Positions 26,409 to 40,221 are shown, counted from the first letter of the whole stretch. The stretch is DNA of 63,914 nucleotides, filler included, from Lenisia limosa (GCA_001655205.1; 12 parts of 12 records of this genome joined end to end with filler, not necessarily neighbours in it); one strand, 5' to 3'. The notes: generated from the sequence alone by a model not told the origin. Translations and numbers: made by a program.

Positions 26409-28650
26409 TTACCTTGAAATGTATGTAAATAATAGAACAATACCAACGACACAGGTACGTTCAGTTATAAGTGAGCTTAATCCATGATGGTGTGATTCTG
26501 AATATTCTGACACCATCCCTTGGAAACACCCAGGATGCTTCAATTTCCTCCTTGCATTTCAACTACAGAGTGAGGATTACATTCACCAGACACCAATGCA
26601 AACCTTATATTCCTCCGAAACCTCCTCCAGCGTCACACTTGGTCTCGCGTTGAACTCACGAATGAGCCCGCCCATCGTCGTTTCGGTTCTCTGTGTTTGC
26701 GCTACCAGAGCAAACCGCTCTTGAGGAGGAACTGTTCCCTGACACTATCAGAGAGAGGTACTTATTCAATGGAAGTCCAGACGTATGGTAATAGAATGTC
26801 CAATATTCTGACAAAACACCAGTTTAATTCAAAAAGGTAACTCACCTCGGTAGTCGACATTAAAAGTGCCTCGACATTATTTACAAAATCAGGAATTAAT
26901 GAAGGATCGTAAATCTGAGAAATCAGAAAAGTTCATTGTCTATTAACAGCTTAGGTCAGAGCGGTGTAGTATTTGCTTTTTTCAATAAAAAATAATGCGC
27001 TGCTCACACAATCCGCAGCAAGAATCACATCACAAGGCGGTAAAACGTCATCAATTGATCTCCAATCTAGACACTCACTCGTTGCTACGTCGTCGCATTT
27101 ATCTAGAGGTAAGAAAACCATTTACTCCAAAATAAAACAAATTCAAGGGACTCTAAGATAGAAACAGCTGTGGTGTCATAAACCCACGTACTAATTTTAA
27201 TATTGGTCAGGCAGTTGTCAATAACCTATATGGTGACATCTAATTATGTACCCATGACCACACTCAGGCAGAAACAAAGGTATCACTGATTTCTTTTGAA
27301 CGTACCTCAGGAAGGTAATCCGAAGCATTGAAGCTGAGTGGGCGGGGCTCGCAATACGCTGCCGCAACACACGTGGCGCCAATCCCCGCTCCAAGCTCTA
27401 TTACGTGCCGCCCTCCCACTAGGCCTGAATTGGGGGATATGAATAAATATTGGACGATTCTTTTGATGAAAATAATAGTAATCATAATAAAATAAGCACT
27501 GACGAAGTACTATCAATCTATCAATAAGATTTGTGGTTTGGTTTTAATGAGCCTTAAGACTCACTTGGTTCGGCCAAAACCACTTCGCCGAGGAGAAAAC
27601 CAGATTCCCAAGTGGCCAATCCAACAGCATTGAAGGTCTAATAATGTTAGTGGAGCAAATGAATTCCAGTAGTGATGAACAATGGCAATTATCATAAAAA
27701 GGGCTAAAATCAAGAAAGGACACCTCTGATTCGTTTTAATTGCTAATATCAACGACTGCATCCAAATACCTGAGCCACTTTCAGAGTGATAATAATCTCT
27801 TTCTTTTTGGTTAAAACTCTGTAAGACTTAAAGCAAGCCGGCTTCTCAATTTGAGAGTCGTTTCTATTTCAATTAGTTGAAGTGATTGACGTTAAAAACA
27901 AAAGTTGGGATCAGAGTTAGATTCCCAGTATTAAGAGAAAATGGAATCTGCGTAACTCACAGAGAAAGAAGGGAGAAAAACAGCTCCAACAGTTCTTCAT
28001 TTTGTTCCTAATTCTGTCAAAAAGAAAAAAACAATCAAAACTCAGCATGTAAGAATACGAACAGTAAAAGACGTAACTCAGTTGAACGTAACTCAGTTGA
28101 TACCATTTTTGTTATTTATGAAAGTGAACTTCCAACTATTCTTCAAAAGCAGGATTCTATTTCTCTTAATTCTCACCATACCTCGTTTTGTCTTTCAATG
28201 ATATCAAGTAGCATCTTTGCGAAATTCTTTGTATAGTTTGGATCTGTGTAAAAAGGGGAAGGGCAAAGTAAGATTTAGTGTTTCTATAGGTATTGGAAAC
28301 CACACTCAAATGTCTTGGGTATGAAGTGTGAATGATGATACCGTTTTGCAAACCTGGAGGGAACTCAGAGACAATGGAGTCATTGAAGACAGTTGTCATA
28401 ATCTACATTGTGAAACTATAGTCCCGTCCTCGTAAAAAAATTTAAATGATGTCCTTCTAAAAAAAAGCCAACAGTGTCATATACTATTGCAGCCAGATAG
28501 GTGGTATTCATTGAAGGGTTTCCATTAACTCCCAACTAGCAGAGCACTAACATTTGTAAATATTAGAGAGAGAAACATACCTCCTCTTGTCCCTCTTCAG
28601 AACAAATATATTGCAGAGTGTCAGAAGAAAGTTCATTTGAGAGTAGCCTA
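26409..28650 (-). CDS. EEF2KMT: FAM86/EEF2KMT (EFM3)-like protein-lysine methyltransferase; 5' end in gap
   Basis: NYTKNFAKMLLDIIERQNE (FAM86 N-domain-like); FNAVGLATWESGFLLGEVVLAEP; GRHVIELGAGIGATCVAA..SDY; LDWRS..DVILAAD (family-16 SAM methyltransferase motifs). Confidence 0.75.
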
Positions 28651-29084
28651 AAACAGAGTCAACCACATCTCTTACCCCCCCCCCCACTGCACTTGATCAN
28701 NNNNNNNNNNNNNNNNNNNNNNNNNNNNNNNNNNNNNNNNNNNTTAATTAATTAANNNNNNNNNNNNNNNNNNNNNNNNNNNNNNNNNNNNNNNNNNNNA
28801 TCTCCGACAGATCTCCCAAAAAAATAATGGTAAAATCCCCGGGTCTGTGGCCCCCTGGGAGAGAGGAGTTTTCGGAGTGAGTGAAAATTGCGGAATTTTT
28901 GTAACGCGCATCACGTTGGCGTTACAGGCTTTGTTTTGTCACTTTCATTTCCCTCTCTTTTGACCTCCCGCTGCTCCCGAGCAAACAAGCAAGAGCAAGA
29001 AGAAGTAAGTAAATCGTGCTACGGGAATTGAAAAGTTCGCCTCCCTGCATAAGACACACTCTTTCTGAGCAGTTACCATTGAAC

Positions 29085-32000
29085 ATGCTCTCCTCTAAGC
29101 CCCAGAGGCACTTTGCCAAGTCCACAAATCTTAAAAGTATATTTGATACGGCTGAGGAGAAGGAGAGTACCAAGCAGGAGGCAATTGGGGAGTTCTCAAG
29201 CAAAGGGTTGGGACGTTTTACCGTTTTGTGAACATATATGTGAACCAAGTTACCCCTCCTCCTCCCTCTCACCCTTTAGCAAGGAGAAACCTCCACCCCA
29301 TGCAATTAAAGTTGAAGCTAATCAGAATCTCAGGAAGGCGGAGAAAGAGCTTGGTCGGTTGGATTCTCATTTTGAATGCTTAGTTCCCTCCTACAACGGA
29401 TTGTTATCATCGTCAAACCAAATTTTACTGAAACTGTTGTTTATATTGCGTGTCTATTTTAGTAACCTGAAAGATGATGCTGCGCGTTTGAAGAAAGATA
29501 TGGACAANNNNNNNNNNNNNNNNNNNNNNNNNNNNNNNNNNNNNNNNNNNNNNNNNNNNNNNNNNNNNNNNNNNNNNNNNNNNNNNNNNNNNNNNNNNNN
29601 NNNNNNNNNNNNNNNNNNNNNNNNNNNNNNNGAACTGTATCAGATTGGAACTGTATGGTTGTGTTATATTAAATACATTTTAGAGTAAGATTGAAAGACA
29701 ACAGGGCATTCTTCCCATTGTGGAGTACAGATACTGCATGTTTATATTCTATTATCCTGCTTTTACAGTCATTTTAGAGGACTACCAATCCTGTATATCT
29801 ATTGAAGACTTCGGAAGTGCTATGTTGCACGGAATGGGATGGGAACAAGGCAAGTCTTTCAGTAAATATGAGACTAAGTAGGCATGATTGGAGTGTGTGT
29901 GAAGACATTCATTCAACTACTACACTGGACTTGGGTGTTTGCGTCACTTTTTAGGGTTGTTGCCCCGATTGAGTACCTTCCAAGGCAGCATCGTCTTGGA
30001 CTTGGAGCTACACCGAAAGTTGGGGAGGAACAATCTGAATAATCTCACCAGTACGTGGTGAAGCGTTGGCAGTTCGTCCTTTTGCAAACTCTTTTTAACA
30101 TATGAATATGTATATACTTGTTTTTAAAAGAAATGTTGGTTGCTGATAAGTTGTTTTGATGACAATCTGTGATTTAATTCCCTAGTTGCCTTCAGAGGCT
30201 GATCAGAAGAAGGAAAAAAGCCGACTCAAGCGTCCGGGTGAAAAGGAAAAGGTATGATAACCATTTTGGCCTTAATGTTCATATTGTTTGACCCTGTTCT
30301 TGAATATCTTTTTTACCCCCATTTACCCAGTTTTTCCTGGTCTCCGTGTGGAAATAGAACACGTTATTACGGATTCATGAAGATTGGAATCAGTTTTGTT
30401 GACAGTTTCAGAAATACTATACGATAGCTGCCGGTGAGGGCAAATCAAAGAACTACAGATCACTAGATGACGAACTTATTGAAATCAAGCCCTTGAAATG
30501 GGAAAGTGAGAGGCTAAGACAGCTATTTGAGCCATGTTGCTACTTTGAACTGAAGTGACTGTTCCAGAGGATGCCCTTGTTGCCATTAAAGAAGGAAGTC
30601 ACGCAGGCCTCTTTGCCCGTGTCATTGACGTGCCGTTTGAAGATAAGTACATTCCTGTCCGTCTTCTTATCAATGATCAAGTGGGCATGAAATCCACAGT
30701 GTCAAGTCTTTTTTTTGTCATTCACATCAAAGTTTCTTTTTTGAATTATTAATGCCTTCAAGGTCAACGACGTGAAGAAGAAGTACATGCAGCTTGTTAA
30801 TGCACAGACGTTTAAGGGTGAAATCCCCCCTACTTTCCCCCTTGGTTAGTGGATTTGCCCATACCCTCCGATATATTGTTTTTGTATGTAGTCTCTTTAG
30901 ACTATATTTTAACATATACTCCCCGTTATCATTTTTTTATCTTTCCTCCATTGTTTACTTCGATAGCTTCGCTCACTATCTAGAAAATCTGAAAAATATG
31001 CTAAAATCGAAAAACTCTGAATCAGAACCTCCAAAGCCGTCAAGCTCATCATCAAAATACACATCATCATCCAAATCCACCTCATCATCAAAATCCTCGT
31101 CAGATAAGGTCTGAGTGGGAATGATAGAACAACTCAGTTTGTTTTCTTAAAGAGGGCTTTCATCCTATCTTGGACCTACATTATTCACGAAACAGTACGG
31201 ATGGTTGCGCGCAGGGCTTCGCGTCCGCGTGGTGTCGCAGTCATTCATGAAAGGCCAGCTCTATAATATCAAATGCGTTGTGCTCGATATTCCAGTATCC
31301 GGCCGCGTCACCCTCCGAGCTCCTGGATTCCAACATGCAATTGAGGGTGGGGGGGGGGGGTAAGTACCTGGTTTGATTTATGCCATAAAAAGCAGATCTA
31401 CTCTTCCTTTCACTTCTTCTCCTTGGTTTCTGCTTCTATAAATGAGCAGGGCGTAGACTGATTTATGTGATTTTGATGATTATTGTAAAAATTGAAATAC
31501 GCAGCCTTGGCTGGGAATCCGAGCCGAGTTTCTGTTTAACCAACCTACTTTAATTTGGTGAAATAACAAGACTATTTGAATACGCATTCTTTGCTTGCTC
31601 TCTTCTGATTACTCATCTGTATAGATGTACCCTCGAGATCACTAGAAACCGTCATTCCCAAGTCAGGTGGACGTGTCATGGTATTAAGAGGCGAATTTGT
31701 CAATGAAACAGGTGGGTAAGATCAGAAAGTATTACCAGTTTGGCTCTGAAATTACTTTTTAACTGATGGATTGATTTGATTCTCTTTGAATGCTCAACTA
31801 GTGAAAATTATCTCTGATATTTGGGAATGATAGTGGAACATTGTCTACCACCACTGTCGACATACCATGGCTTTGGCTGATCCTTTAGGAACCGTTATGG
31901 AGAAAGACTCTAAAAAAGAGCGCGCTGATATCCAGCTGGACGAACTTTCTGAGGTGCGATGGGATATTCCATTTGTATTTTCTGAATGTTTTTTTTTTAT

Positions 32001-32168
32001 AAAAAATTGTTCTTTCAAATTCTTTTTGTCCTGGGTATCTTGTCTTTTTTGGGTCCAGATACAATGCTCGACCTTATAAACTTTTTTTTCTAGAAGGTAG
32101 ACATATCAACCTTACCTCCACAGGTGGTCCGACTATCATACGACGACTTCTCTGAGTTTGTTTTGTAG
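29085..32168 (+). CDS. GPKOW: G-patch and KOW domain splicing factor (GPKOW/Spp2/MOS2); start uncertain
   Basis: G-patch IEDFGSAMLHGMGWEQGK|..PIEYLPRQHRLGLGA, followed by KOW/SH3-like WLRAGLRVRVVS..LYNIKCVVLDI, LETVIPKSGGRVMVLRGEF and VVRLSYDDFSEFVL*. Confidence 0.82.
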
Positions 32169-32779
32169 AATGCTAGATGAATTTCATTTTAACACAGATT
32201 TTTGGGACAGAGATTTCTGCAAGTAGTGATTGGATAGACCCGACACACAGAATCGGGTTTGTACCAACAGCCAGCAACCAGCTTTTTATTTGGTTTTAAT
32301 TATGTGGTTAAAGAGTATACTATAAATATCGATATTGTTTTTATAAGAATATGTATATATCATATATTCAAATAATAATAAAGGTATGGTGGTACAATGG
32401 CGTTGAAGGTAATTATAAGGTACTATATGTTTTATATTACAAGGAAGAGTGNNNNNNNNNNNNNNNNNNNNNNNNNNNNNNNNNNNNNNNNNNNNNNNNN
32501 NNNNNNNNNNNNNNNNNNNNNNNNNNNNNNNNNNNNNNNNNNNNNNNNNNNNNNNNNNNNNNNNNNNNNNNNNNNNNNNNNNNNNNNNNNNNNNNNNNNN
32601 NNNNNNNNNNNNNNNNNNNNNNNNNNNNNNNNNNNNNNNNNNNTGTAAGCCCAATGTAAGCTTTAAGCCACCATAAGACCGTACAAACAAGCTCGAAATA
32701 TTGTATAGGCCATTGGACCAGGACGGGATTTTTGTGATTATATTCAAGAAGGGCCTTGAGAAGGGCCTCCTGAGTCCTC

Positions 32780-34340
32780 ATGGTGGCATCAGATGCATAT
32801 GAAGTCTTGCGATATGTACTGGGAGTTTCATTGAAGAATCCGCGTTCCAACCCCCTTTCACCCCTGATCAAAGTTTGCCAATTCAAGGGTGTATATGGAA
32901 GCGGGTGTAATTAATTGTATTGGATATAGTGGTTTTTGTATGTTATGACAAGGTGTTTGTAATAGGCGATTCTTTTATGACATGTGACTCAAATCAGAAC
33001 GCAACATGGAGGACACCCCCTCGATTGGTGTTCCTGTCAGCTATGTCAGACAATCTACAGAGCCAGGGAATGTATGTGAGATGATACTAAGTATCAGAGC
33101 GTGATAATCATTTTATTTCTTGGTTAAAACAAAGAATGTGATAGTCATTTTATTGCTTGGTTAAAACAGATTTTGCTTCTGCCAACCACATCACCATATA
33201 GACCGTTGGAGGTGACACAAGGCCTTGTGGACGAGGTGTTCTATGAAGTTCTGCTTGCTGACCCGCCTCTCATCCAGTCCCCGGTGCAATATCTCATGGT
33301 GAGGGTGTTGGATTGAGGGATCTAGAATTTCAAAAGAGTCTTTTGGTAGTATTATTTACAGGTTGCTGCTTTTGTGCAATGTTGGAACACCAGTACCGTT
33401 GTCCTCACTATAAAGGACACTTTCATCCGAGCCAGCAAAGAGTTGGCGCATCGTGAAGAGATTAAGGGGCTGAACATTGAAGCGTGCCTTGAAAATATCA
33501 AATCCCAGTGCGTCTCCTTCACTGTGAGTGTTACCTTTTTTTGGATTTGCTTTTTTTTCTGAATATTTCATATTCTCTTGGATTTTATATAGTAGCTATA
33601 TTATATTATATGGTATAATACAATTTTCATTTGGAATGGACCAATAGGTTGTATCGTATGGCTTTCTATTGAATGTGATTGCCCCCACCTCTTTGTTGTT
33701 ATTTGACCTGCTTCCTTTTTGTTGTTATTTGACCTGCTTTAGATCACAGCCTTGTCTGACCCTGAGTCTATTCCAACGATCAATGGAGGTTTGCGGCAGC
33801 TTACAGTATAATCGCTGAAAGATTGGTGTATTATACATGTATGGTTTTTCTATAACCCCAGTCGTCTCGAACTGAACAGAAAATGTGGTAACGAATAACC
33901 CGCTTCAGCACCCTGGGCTCCCCTAAAAGACGCTATATCGAAGGGAACTTCAACTCACTTGGATGGGTTTCTTGAAATGCTCATCCCAGCCTTCGCAAAT
34001 GACTGCAGTGATAATTGGGTGGGTTCTCTTGGGTAAATGGTAGCGTTTATTTTCCTAAATAAGTATCCCTAGTGGAACTGTCCATTTGCTTCTGTTTGAT
34101 AATTCACTAATATTTCTTTTTGACTTTATTTGTTTTTGTGAAAAGAATCTGAGAGAAACAGCAAATTACTAAAACGCTTCATCTTACTCATTTCTTCAAA
34201 TCAGCTTACATCACTATAGGAGCCGCTTTTCAAGGTGATGACCAACGTTCTGCGGCCTTTGATGGAGAAAGGACTGAACGATTGGCAGGTACCCGTTGAT
34301 TCCGCAGCTGTTCTCCTCAAAAATAAACTATTTGCCGTGG
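32780..34340 (+). CDS. UFD2: Ubiquitin conjugation factor E4 (UFD2/UBE4), N-terminal exons only
   Basis: MVASDAYEVLRYVLGVSL..PPRLVFLSAMSDNL..SPVQYLM|DTFIRASKEL..SQCVSFT|ITALSDPE..GFLEML..LNDWQ. This parallels plant UFD2 (ILRKIFYVTL, PRIVYLEM, PPFPYLIGCHRRA, LAVSYCR.L.NPD, GFLDEF, LGDFQ), from recall. The U-box is not in the window. Confidence 0.65.
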
Positions 34341-35329
34341 GGGGGGGGGGGCGNNNNNNNNNNNNNNNNNNNNNNNNNNNNNNNNNNNNNNNNNNNNNNN
34401 NNNNNNNNNNNNNNNNNNNNNNNNNNNNNNNNNNNNNNNNNNNNNNNNNNNNNNNNNNNNNNNNNNNNNNNNNNNNNNNNNNNNNNNNNNNTCACAAAAG
34501 TAACTTAAACCGAGATTGGAATGGACCTGGGGTGTTGCAATATAGGAGTGTGGCAGAGCCGGTTTATATTGCACGTGGAACATTACATTATTTGGGCGGT
34601 ACTTGGAGGAAAATACGGAGAAGACAGCTGCAGTCAGTGGACTCTGCGCGTGCGAATATCTTTACTTGGCGTTTCAAACCGGTTTAACTCATTTACTCGG
34701 GGCGGTCGTCCAATATACCTAATTTTCGGCCTGACCCCACACCACCCATACCCCATGTGTATACCGAGTGTATACCTAGCATCATTCAAATGTATTAAAA
34801 AAATTGCTCATCTTTTGCTTCTTCCAGATGCTCATCAAGAACAACAAGGTTGTAGTTCATCAATTGAAAAAACTTTGAAACTTGATTCATCTTCCTCTTG
34901 AACAGCTCTCTTCTTTTTCAAACGAATGACTGGCTTTTTATTGGGGGTTTCAAACGAATGACTGGCTTTTTATTGGGGGTTTTTTTCTTGTGCATTTTCA
35001 AATGATCGGAATGAACAACGGAATTAACTGTTCAGTATCACATTGAGTTGGAATGGGTAGTTGTTGATGTTTATCTTTGACAACATTTTGAAAAGCGACG
35101 CTTGTTACAGCGTCAGTAAATTTGGTAAGGTTTACTTGATCGCCATTGAATGGATATTGCATTTCCAAATTATCCCCCCCTCCCCCCAATGNNNNNNNNN
35201 NNNNNNNNNNNNNNNNNNNNNNNNNNNNNNNNNNNTTAATTAATTAANNNNNNNNNNNNNNNNNNNNNNNNNNNNNNNNNNNNNNNNNNNNAAGTGATAT
35301 TGGATTATAGTATAATGTTAATTCACCCA

Positions 35330-37010
35330 GTTATGTATGTATGGATTCATGATCACTACCGGCCTTCCAGTCCCCACAAGTTGCTCAGGTCCGGCAGATA
35401 CAGCGGTGTAGGGCAGCACGTTATCGACCGGCAGTTTGGAGTCGCGTGCCGCGTACTGGACGGCGCACTCGGAGAACGTCTTCAGAGTAGTGCTGCAAAG
35501 GGACAATTAGGGCATCACTTCGGTTCGAAAAAAGATTGAATTTCTCCACAAATCCTCGAAAACTATCGATATTTTCCGAACGGAAGTGAAGCCCTGCTGA
35601 CAAACAATCGCAAGCTTATGGATCCTGTGCACACCCGTATTGGTCTTCGGGTTGTTGCACCCCCTCCCCCATACGCCAATATTCTTCATCGAAATTTCCT
35701 TCGTTTTACTCCCCACACACACATGATTAATCCTCACAAGATCACATATCCCCCCGACGCGTTGTACTTGTCTATAACGGCCTTGGCAGCAGCGGGCAGC
35801 TCGCCCATGACCACATGTGAGGTGGTTCCCTCGGTTGCGGTCGCAGCCTTAGGGAGACGCCATCTGGGGGGGGGGGGGGNNNNNNNNNNAGGAAGCACTA
35901 ACAACCATGAGAACTAAAAGTAGAACATAGACGAAAAGTAATACACTCACAAAAAAAAATGGGGGGTGGGTAAAAAGGGTTTTTATTGCACCTTTAAAGT
36001 AACGAAGAAACAAAGCCCCCCCCCCCCCNNNNNNNNNNNNNNNNNNNNNNNNNNNNNNNNNNNNNNNNNNNNNNNNNNNNNNNNNNNNNNNNNNNNNNNN
36101 NNNNNNNNNNNNNNNNNCGGAAGTGGCACCACCAATAGACCCGGCACCAGCAAGAGCTCCCCTAAGGTGTCACATCAACGAATACACTTGATAATCTACA
36201 GCGGCATTTTGGAGCATAACAGCACCAAGGGCTTCACTTCGGTTCAAAAAAAGAGACTGAATTTATCGATAAATCCTCGATATATTGCGATATTTTATCG
36301 GTTTTTTTCAATCCTGAGTGAAATCCTAACAGCACCACGTACTTGGCCACTTCATGGAGAGCACCTTCGCGGACGAGGGCGTGGAGGAGCATGTTAGAAG
36401 GCTGTGTGTCCAGAATGCTCTCGGCAAGCTCAACCAGGGGCTTGGCTTCGGCCCTATGAAGTGTTATTTTGTTATGGGGAATGGAGGAAACTGCTACTGT
36501 GTAAACTTTTATGAATATTTAGAAATTTGAGAAAGAATAGAAATGTCTGTACGAAGCCGTCAACGCTATCACGATATGTGATAGATGATTACGATATGTG
36601 ATAGATGATTGTATAGGAGTCTTTATTCATCCCTCCTTCCCATACAACTTTCCATGGCGTGATAATATCCTTACTGCATGCGATAAAAAAGATCCCTCTC
36701 CTACTGGGAAGAAATGGCGTCTTCATGGCGCAAGTAATCCATGGCATATCTGTGGTGGTAAGGAAAAATAACTTTCCAGTCGCTATAGGATTGAATAACA
36801 ATAACAACAACAATAATAATAATAAAACACCATTCAATAGTGATGGCACTATGAACCTCTTTGGATATCCACCATGATAGACAGCGCCGCTGACAAGTTC
36901 CACAAGGCCCCAAAGCAAATCACCGCTGACCTGGTGTAGAACTTGAGGAACTTAGGGTCGGCCTTGGAGAGGCAAGGGGCCTGGGCCAGGGACTTGACTG
37001 TCCGACGGGC
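35330..37010 (-). CDS. Spliced hypothetical protein (fragment between two spacers)
   Basis: Exons with canonical sites: KFLKFYTRSAVICFGALWNLSAALSIM; AEAKPLVELAESILDTQPSNMLLHALVREGALHEVAK; WRLPKAATATEGTTSHVVMGELPAAAKAVIDKYN; TTLKTFSECAVQYAARDSKLPVDNVLPY. Family not recognised. Confidence 0.6.
35510..35594. mobile_element. MITE family A copy
   Basis: TA-GGGCATCACTTCGGTTCGAAAAAA...CCGAACGGAAGTGAAGCCC. Confidence 0.8.
36229..36326. mobile_element. MITE family A copy
   Basis: GGGCTTCACTTCGGTTCAAAAAAA, family core, diverged right TIR GAGTGAAATCC-TA. Confidence 0.75.
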
Positions 37011-37419
37011 TTCGTCTGAGGGGGGGGGGGGNNNNNNNNNNNNNNNNNNNNNNNNNNNNNNNNNNNNNNNNNNNNTTAATTAATTAANNNNNNNNNNNNN
37101 NNNNNNNNNNNNNNNNNNNNNNNNNNNNNNNCATATAGTATCATATATGATATATATAATATGTATGTTTATGCTAGAATATATTGATAGTATATCATAT
37201 GCATATCATATCATATAATTTCATAAAAAGGTACTATGGGGTGTACATTTTCGAATGTTTAGCTTACAGAGTTGATTGATCCTGGCTCTTTTTTTCTCTC
37301 TATATTTCAATATTACCCTCCACACACACATAAATTATCACCCCCATATTTACCACCTGTTTTTGTCATCTGGCTTTTGTCTAGTTTTAGCGTAGGTTGC
37401 TCGTGTTTGTTATTTCTTG

Positions 37420-37495
37420 TTTTTGTTTTTTGTTAGGAGTTTCAGATTATTCGGTTCGTGATTAGTACCTTTACGCCAATATTCTTCATCGAAAT
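37420..37495 (+). repeat. Dispersed intronic repeat family C
   Basis: GGAGTTTCAGATTATTCGGTTCGTGATTAGTACCTTTACGCCAATATTCTTCATCGAAAT also occurs at about 16595-16660, 55780-55870(-), 42825-42885, 35672-35705 and 14655-14715. A related arm CAACAGAGTTGATTTTG..TTTTTTGTTCATAAATTTT lies at 46285-46365, 17110-17200(-) and 56625-56680(-). Confidence 0.75.
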
Positions 37496-37600
37496 NNNNN
37501 NNNNNNNNNNNNNNNNNNNNNNNNNNNNNNNNNNNNNNNNNNNNNNNNNNNNNNNNNNNNNNNNNNNNNNNNNNNNNNNNNNNNNNNNNNNNNNNNNNNN

Positions 37601-39280
37601 GGATGAGTACTACAATGGCAACTATCCCGCGGCGCTGTACTACTGGCAGGAGCTGGCCGAAATCGGCTTGGAGTCTGCCATATCTAATGTGGCGTATCTT
37701 CTTGATAAGGCACCACCGCCATTTGCGCGACGACTGGACGATATTCCATCACGGGATGAGAACCCCCACGGTGCGGGGGAGAGGGGTCATTCCGAGGTTT
37801 AATGTGAAAGTGTGTGGGTAGCTTTATTCCATATTTCTGTACGTGTCAAACATAACAATGGGCTTGTCACTTTGGTTCACTCGAAACTTACTTTTGGTTC
37901 CAAATAACATGCCCAATATTGACGAGGATATTAGCAACTCAGAGGTTGATATCGATATTTATCGACAATTTATCGGCTATCGTGTTTGATTGAACCGAAA
38001 GTGCAACTCCTGTTTTTGGACCCTTTAAAATGGCCGAGAGGGTTGATTGTTGGGTTCTTTATACACCGTCCCCATCACTTCCCATATCGCCCCCGTCACT
38101 CCTTGATTGTTCCCATATCGCCCCCGTCACTCCTTGATTGTTCTCACCCCCAGATCCGGCCCGACCGAGTGTATCAGTGGGCGACTGGACCCCCCTCCCT
38201 GGCATGGTGGCGGCAGATGAAAAGCGAGCCCTCGACAGGAACGAGTCGGCAGAAGTTACTTCCGATGCTGCTTCCGACGGTCCGACTTCCGATGCTGGGC
38301 CTTCTTTTGTCCACTTGCGCGACCAGGGCTTCCCCGAAATCAGCATTCCGGCGCGGGTATCCTCGGAGTGGTACGGCAAGTACCTTATCCCCCCGGCTAT
38401 TCCAGGTACCCCAAATGTTTATTATTGTGGTCACCGCATTGTTTGACGACACTGGCATTCTCATGATTTCAGGAATTCCGATGGTGATGCCGAGTCTTGG
38501 TGACGTACAAAATACGATGGACCGGGAGGTAACAAAGGCTGACAGGGAGAAGGGTTTCGACTATTCTGTCAAAGAAATCCAAGACATCTTCATCAATGGT
38601 CTATCTTGGGGTGTGCGGGGGAAAGGGGAATTAATTGGTGTACTAGGAAGCACAATATTAACTTTAACACGTGTGATATGCTCCACTGTATGAGGGACTT
38701 CATGATAGTTTCTGTGATATCTCTTTGGAGCAGTAATGACGTGGCAGATGATGTTGAGGAGTTCTCATCCGATGAAATGGAGCATCTTCTTCCGTTGGTA
38801 GCCTTCATTATCGCGGAGCTGCAGATTGACTGCACTTCAGCAGCAATAGGACGCCAATCTGGACGGGTTGCATTACATCCCATTGAGGTCGGCAGGGATC
38901 CCATGCTTCTTTCCCTCTTCCTTTCTTCTTTCTCGCTTCCTTTCTCCTTTTCTTCTCTCATCTCTCAAATAGTGTTATTTCCCATTTAGATGTGGTATTG
39001 CATAGCCCCAAAAAGACGAATTTCTTAATAAGTTCCTTTAAAGTATGAATAATTAAACATGTGGTGTTTAGCCAATGTGTTATAAATGTCCCATTTGACN
39101 NNNNNNNNNNNNNNNNNNNNNNNNNNNNNNNNNNNNNNNNNNNNNNNNNNNNNNNNNNNNNNNNNNNNNNNNNNNNNNNNNNNNNNNNNNNNNNNNNNNN
39201 NNNNNNNNACTGATCAGCGCAACTCCCTCAAGAACGATGCCTCTCTTCTGGACTATTTCCAAGGAGCGTCAGAAGACTAG
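37601..39280 (+). CDS. Sel1-like repeat protein (SEL1L/Hrd3-like), fragment
   Basis: DEYYNGNYPAALYYWQELAEIGLESAISNVAYLLDK resembles the SEL1L AE.G.E.AQSN.AF.LD motif; a later exon has LGDV..DREKGFDY. The downstream extent is uncertain. Confidence 0.55.
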
Positions 39281-39447
39281 TGAGCTGACTGCTTCCGATA
39301 TTACTTCCGAATCTATCATCTCCCTATGCCTCTGACCCCCCCCCCCCNNNNNNNNNNNNNNNNNNNNNNNNNNNNNNNNNNNNNNNNNNNNTTAATTAAT
39401 TAANNNNNNNNNNNNNNNNNNNNNNNNNNNNNNNNNNNNNNNNNNNN

Positions 39448-40221
39448 TCTTCTCAGCTTCTTCTTCAAGTCTCTTCTTCTCAGCTTCTTCTTCTTCAATT
39501 CTCTTCTCAGCTTCTTCTTCAAGTTTCTTCTTCTCAGCAGCTTCTTCTTCAATTCTCTTCTTTTCAGCTTCTTCATCTTCAATTCTCTTCTTCTCAGCTT
39601 CTTCTTCTTCAAGTCTCTTCTTCTCAGCTTCTTCTTCAAGTCTCTTCTTCTCAGCTTCTTNNNNNNNNNNNNNNNNNNNNNNNNNNNNNNNNNNNNNNNN
39701 NNNNNNNNNNNNNNNNNNNNNNNNNNNNNNNNNNNNNNNNNNNNNNNNNNNNNNNNNNNNNNNNNNNNNNNNNNNNNNNNNNNNNNNNNNNNNNNNNNNN
39801 NNNNNNNNNNNNNNNNNNNNNNNNNNNNNNNNNNNNNNNNNNNNNNNNNNNNNNNNNNNNNNNNNNNNNNNNNNNGGCTTCTTCTTCAAGTCTCTTCTTC
39901 TCAGCTTCTTCCTCAAGTCTCTTCTTTTCCATTTCCTGTTTTTGAAGAGCTGGATCATTGACCGGTGGTGCAATTAAAGGTACCTGAAAAGAGTCAAAAG
40001 ATCCTTATTTATTTTTATCCGTTGATTTTAGTTCATCTTGCTATAATAATAAAAAAAGAGTTAGCAAAAACGATGATATTTTTTTCCACCACCAAGAATA
40101 AATAATGGGATTTTGGATGATGAGAGTGCACNNNNNNNNNNCTCAGCTTCTTCTTCAAGTTTCTTCTTCTCAGCTTCTTCTTCAAGTCTCTTCTTCTCAG
40201 CTTCTTCTTCAAGTCTCTTCT
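39448..40221 (-). repeat. Coding minisatellite (27/30-nt units, EAEKKRLEE[E]), partly unresolved
   Basis: Repeated TTCAAGTCTCTTCTTCTCAGCTTCTTC on the + strand, interrupted by N gaps. Confidence 0.9.

Noticed and set aside
879-28650. Two elongation-factor lysine methyltransferases (EFM4, EFM3-like) in one window
   Set aside because: They are ~24 kb apart, separated by a spacer and from different subfamilies, so this is probably coincidence.
34492-35190. Coding-like segments after the UFD2 exons
   Set aside because: There is no consistent frame or strand and no similarity to UFD2 that I can see. They are bounded by gaps and not callable.
38371-38381. Possible GC-AG donors (GCAAGT at 38376; GCAAGG near 16470)
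   Set aside because: Nearby GT donors exist at both sites and the frame cannot be resolved without transcripts. GC-AG introns are also ordinary.
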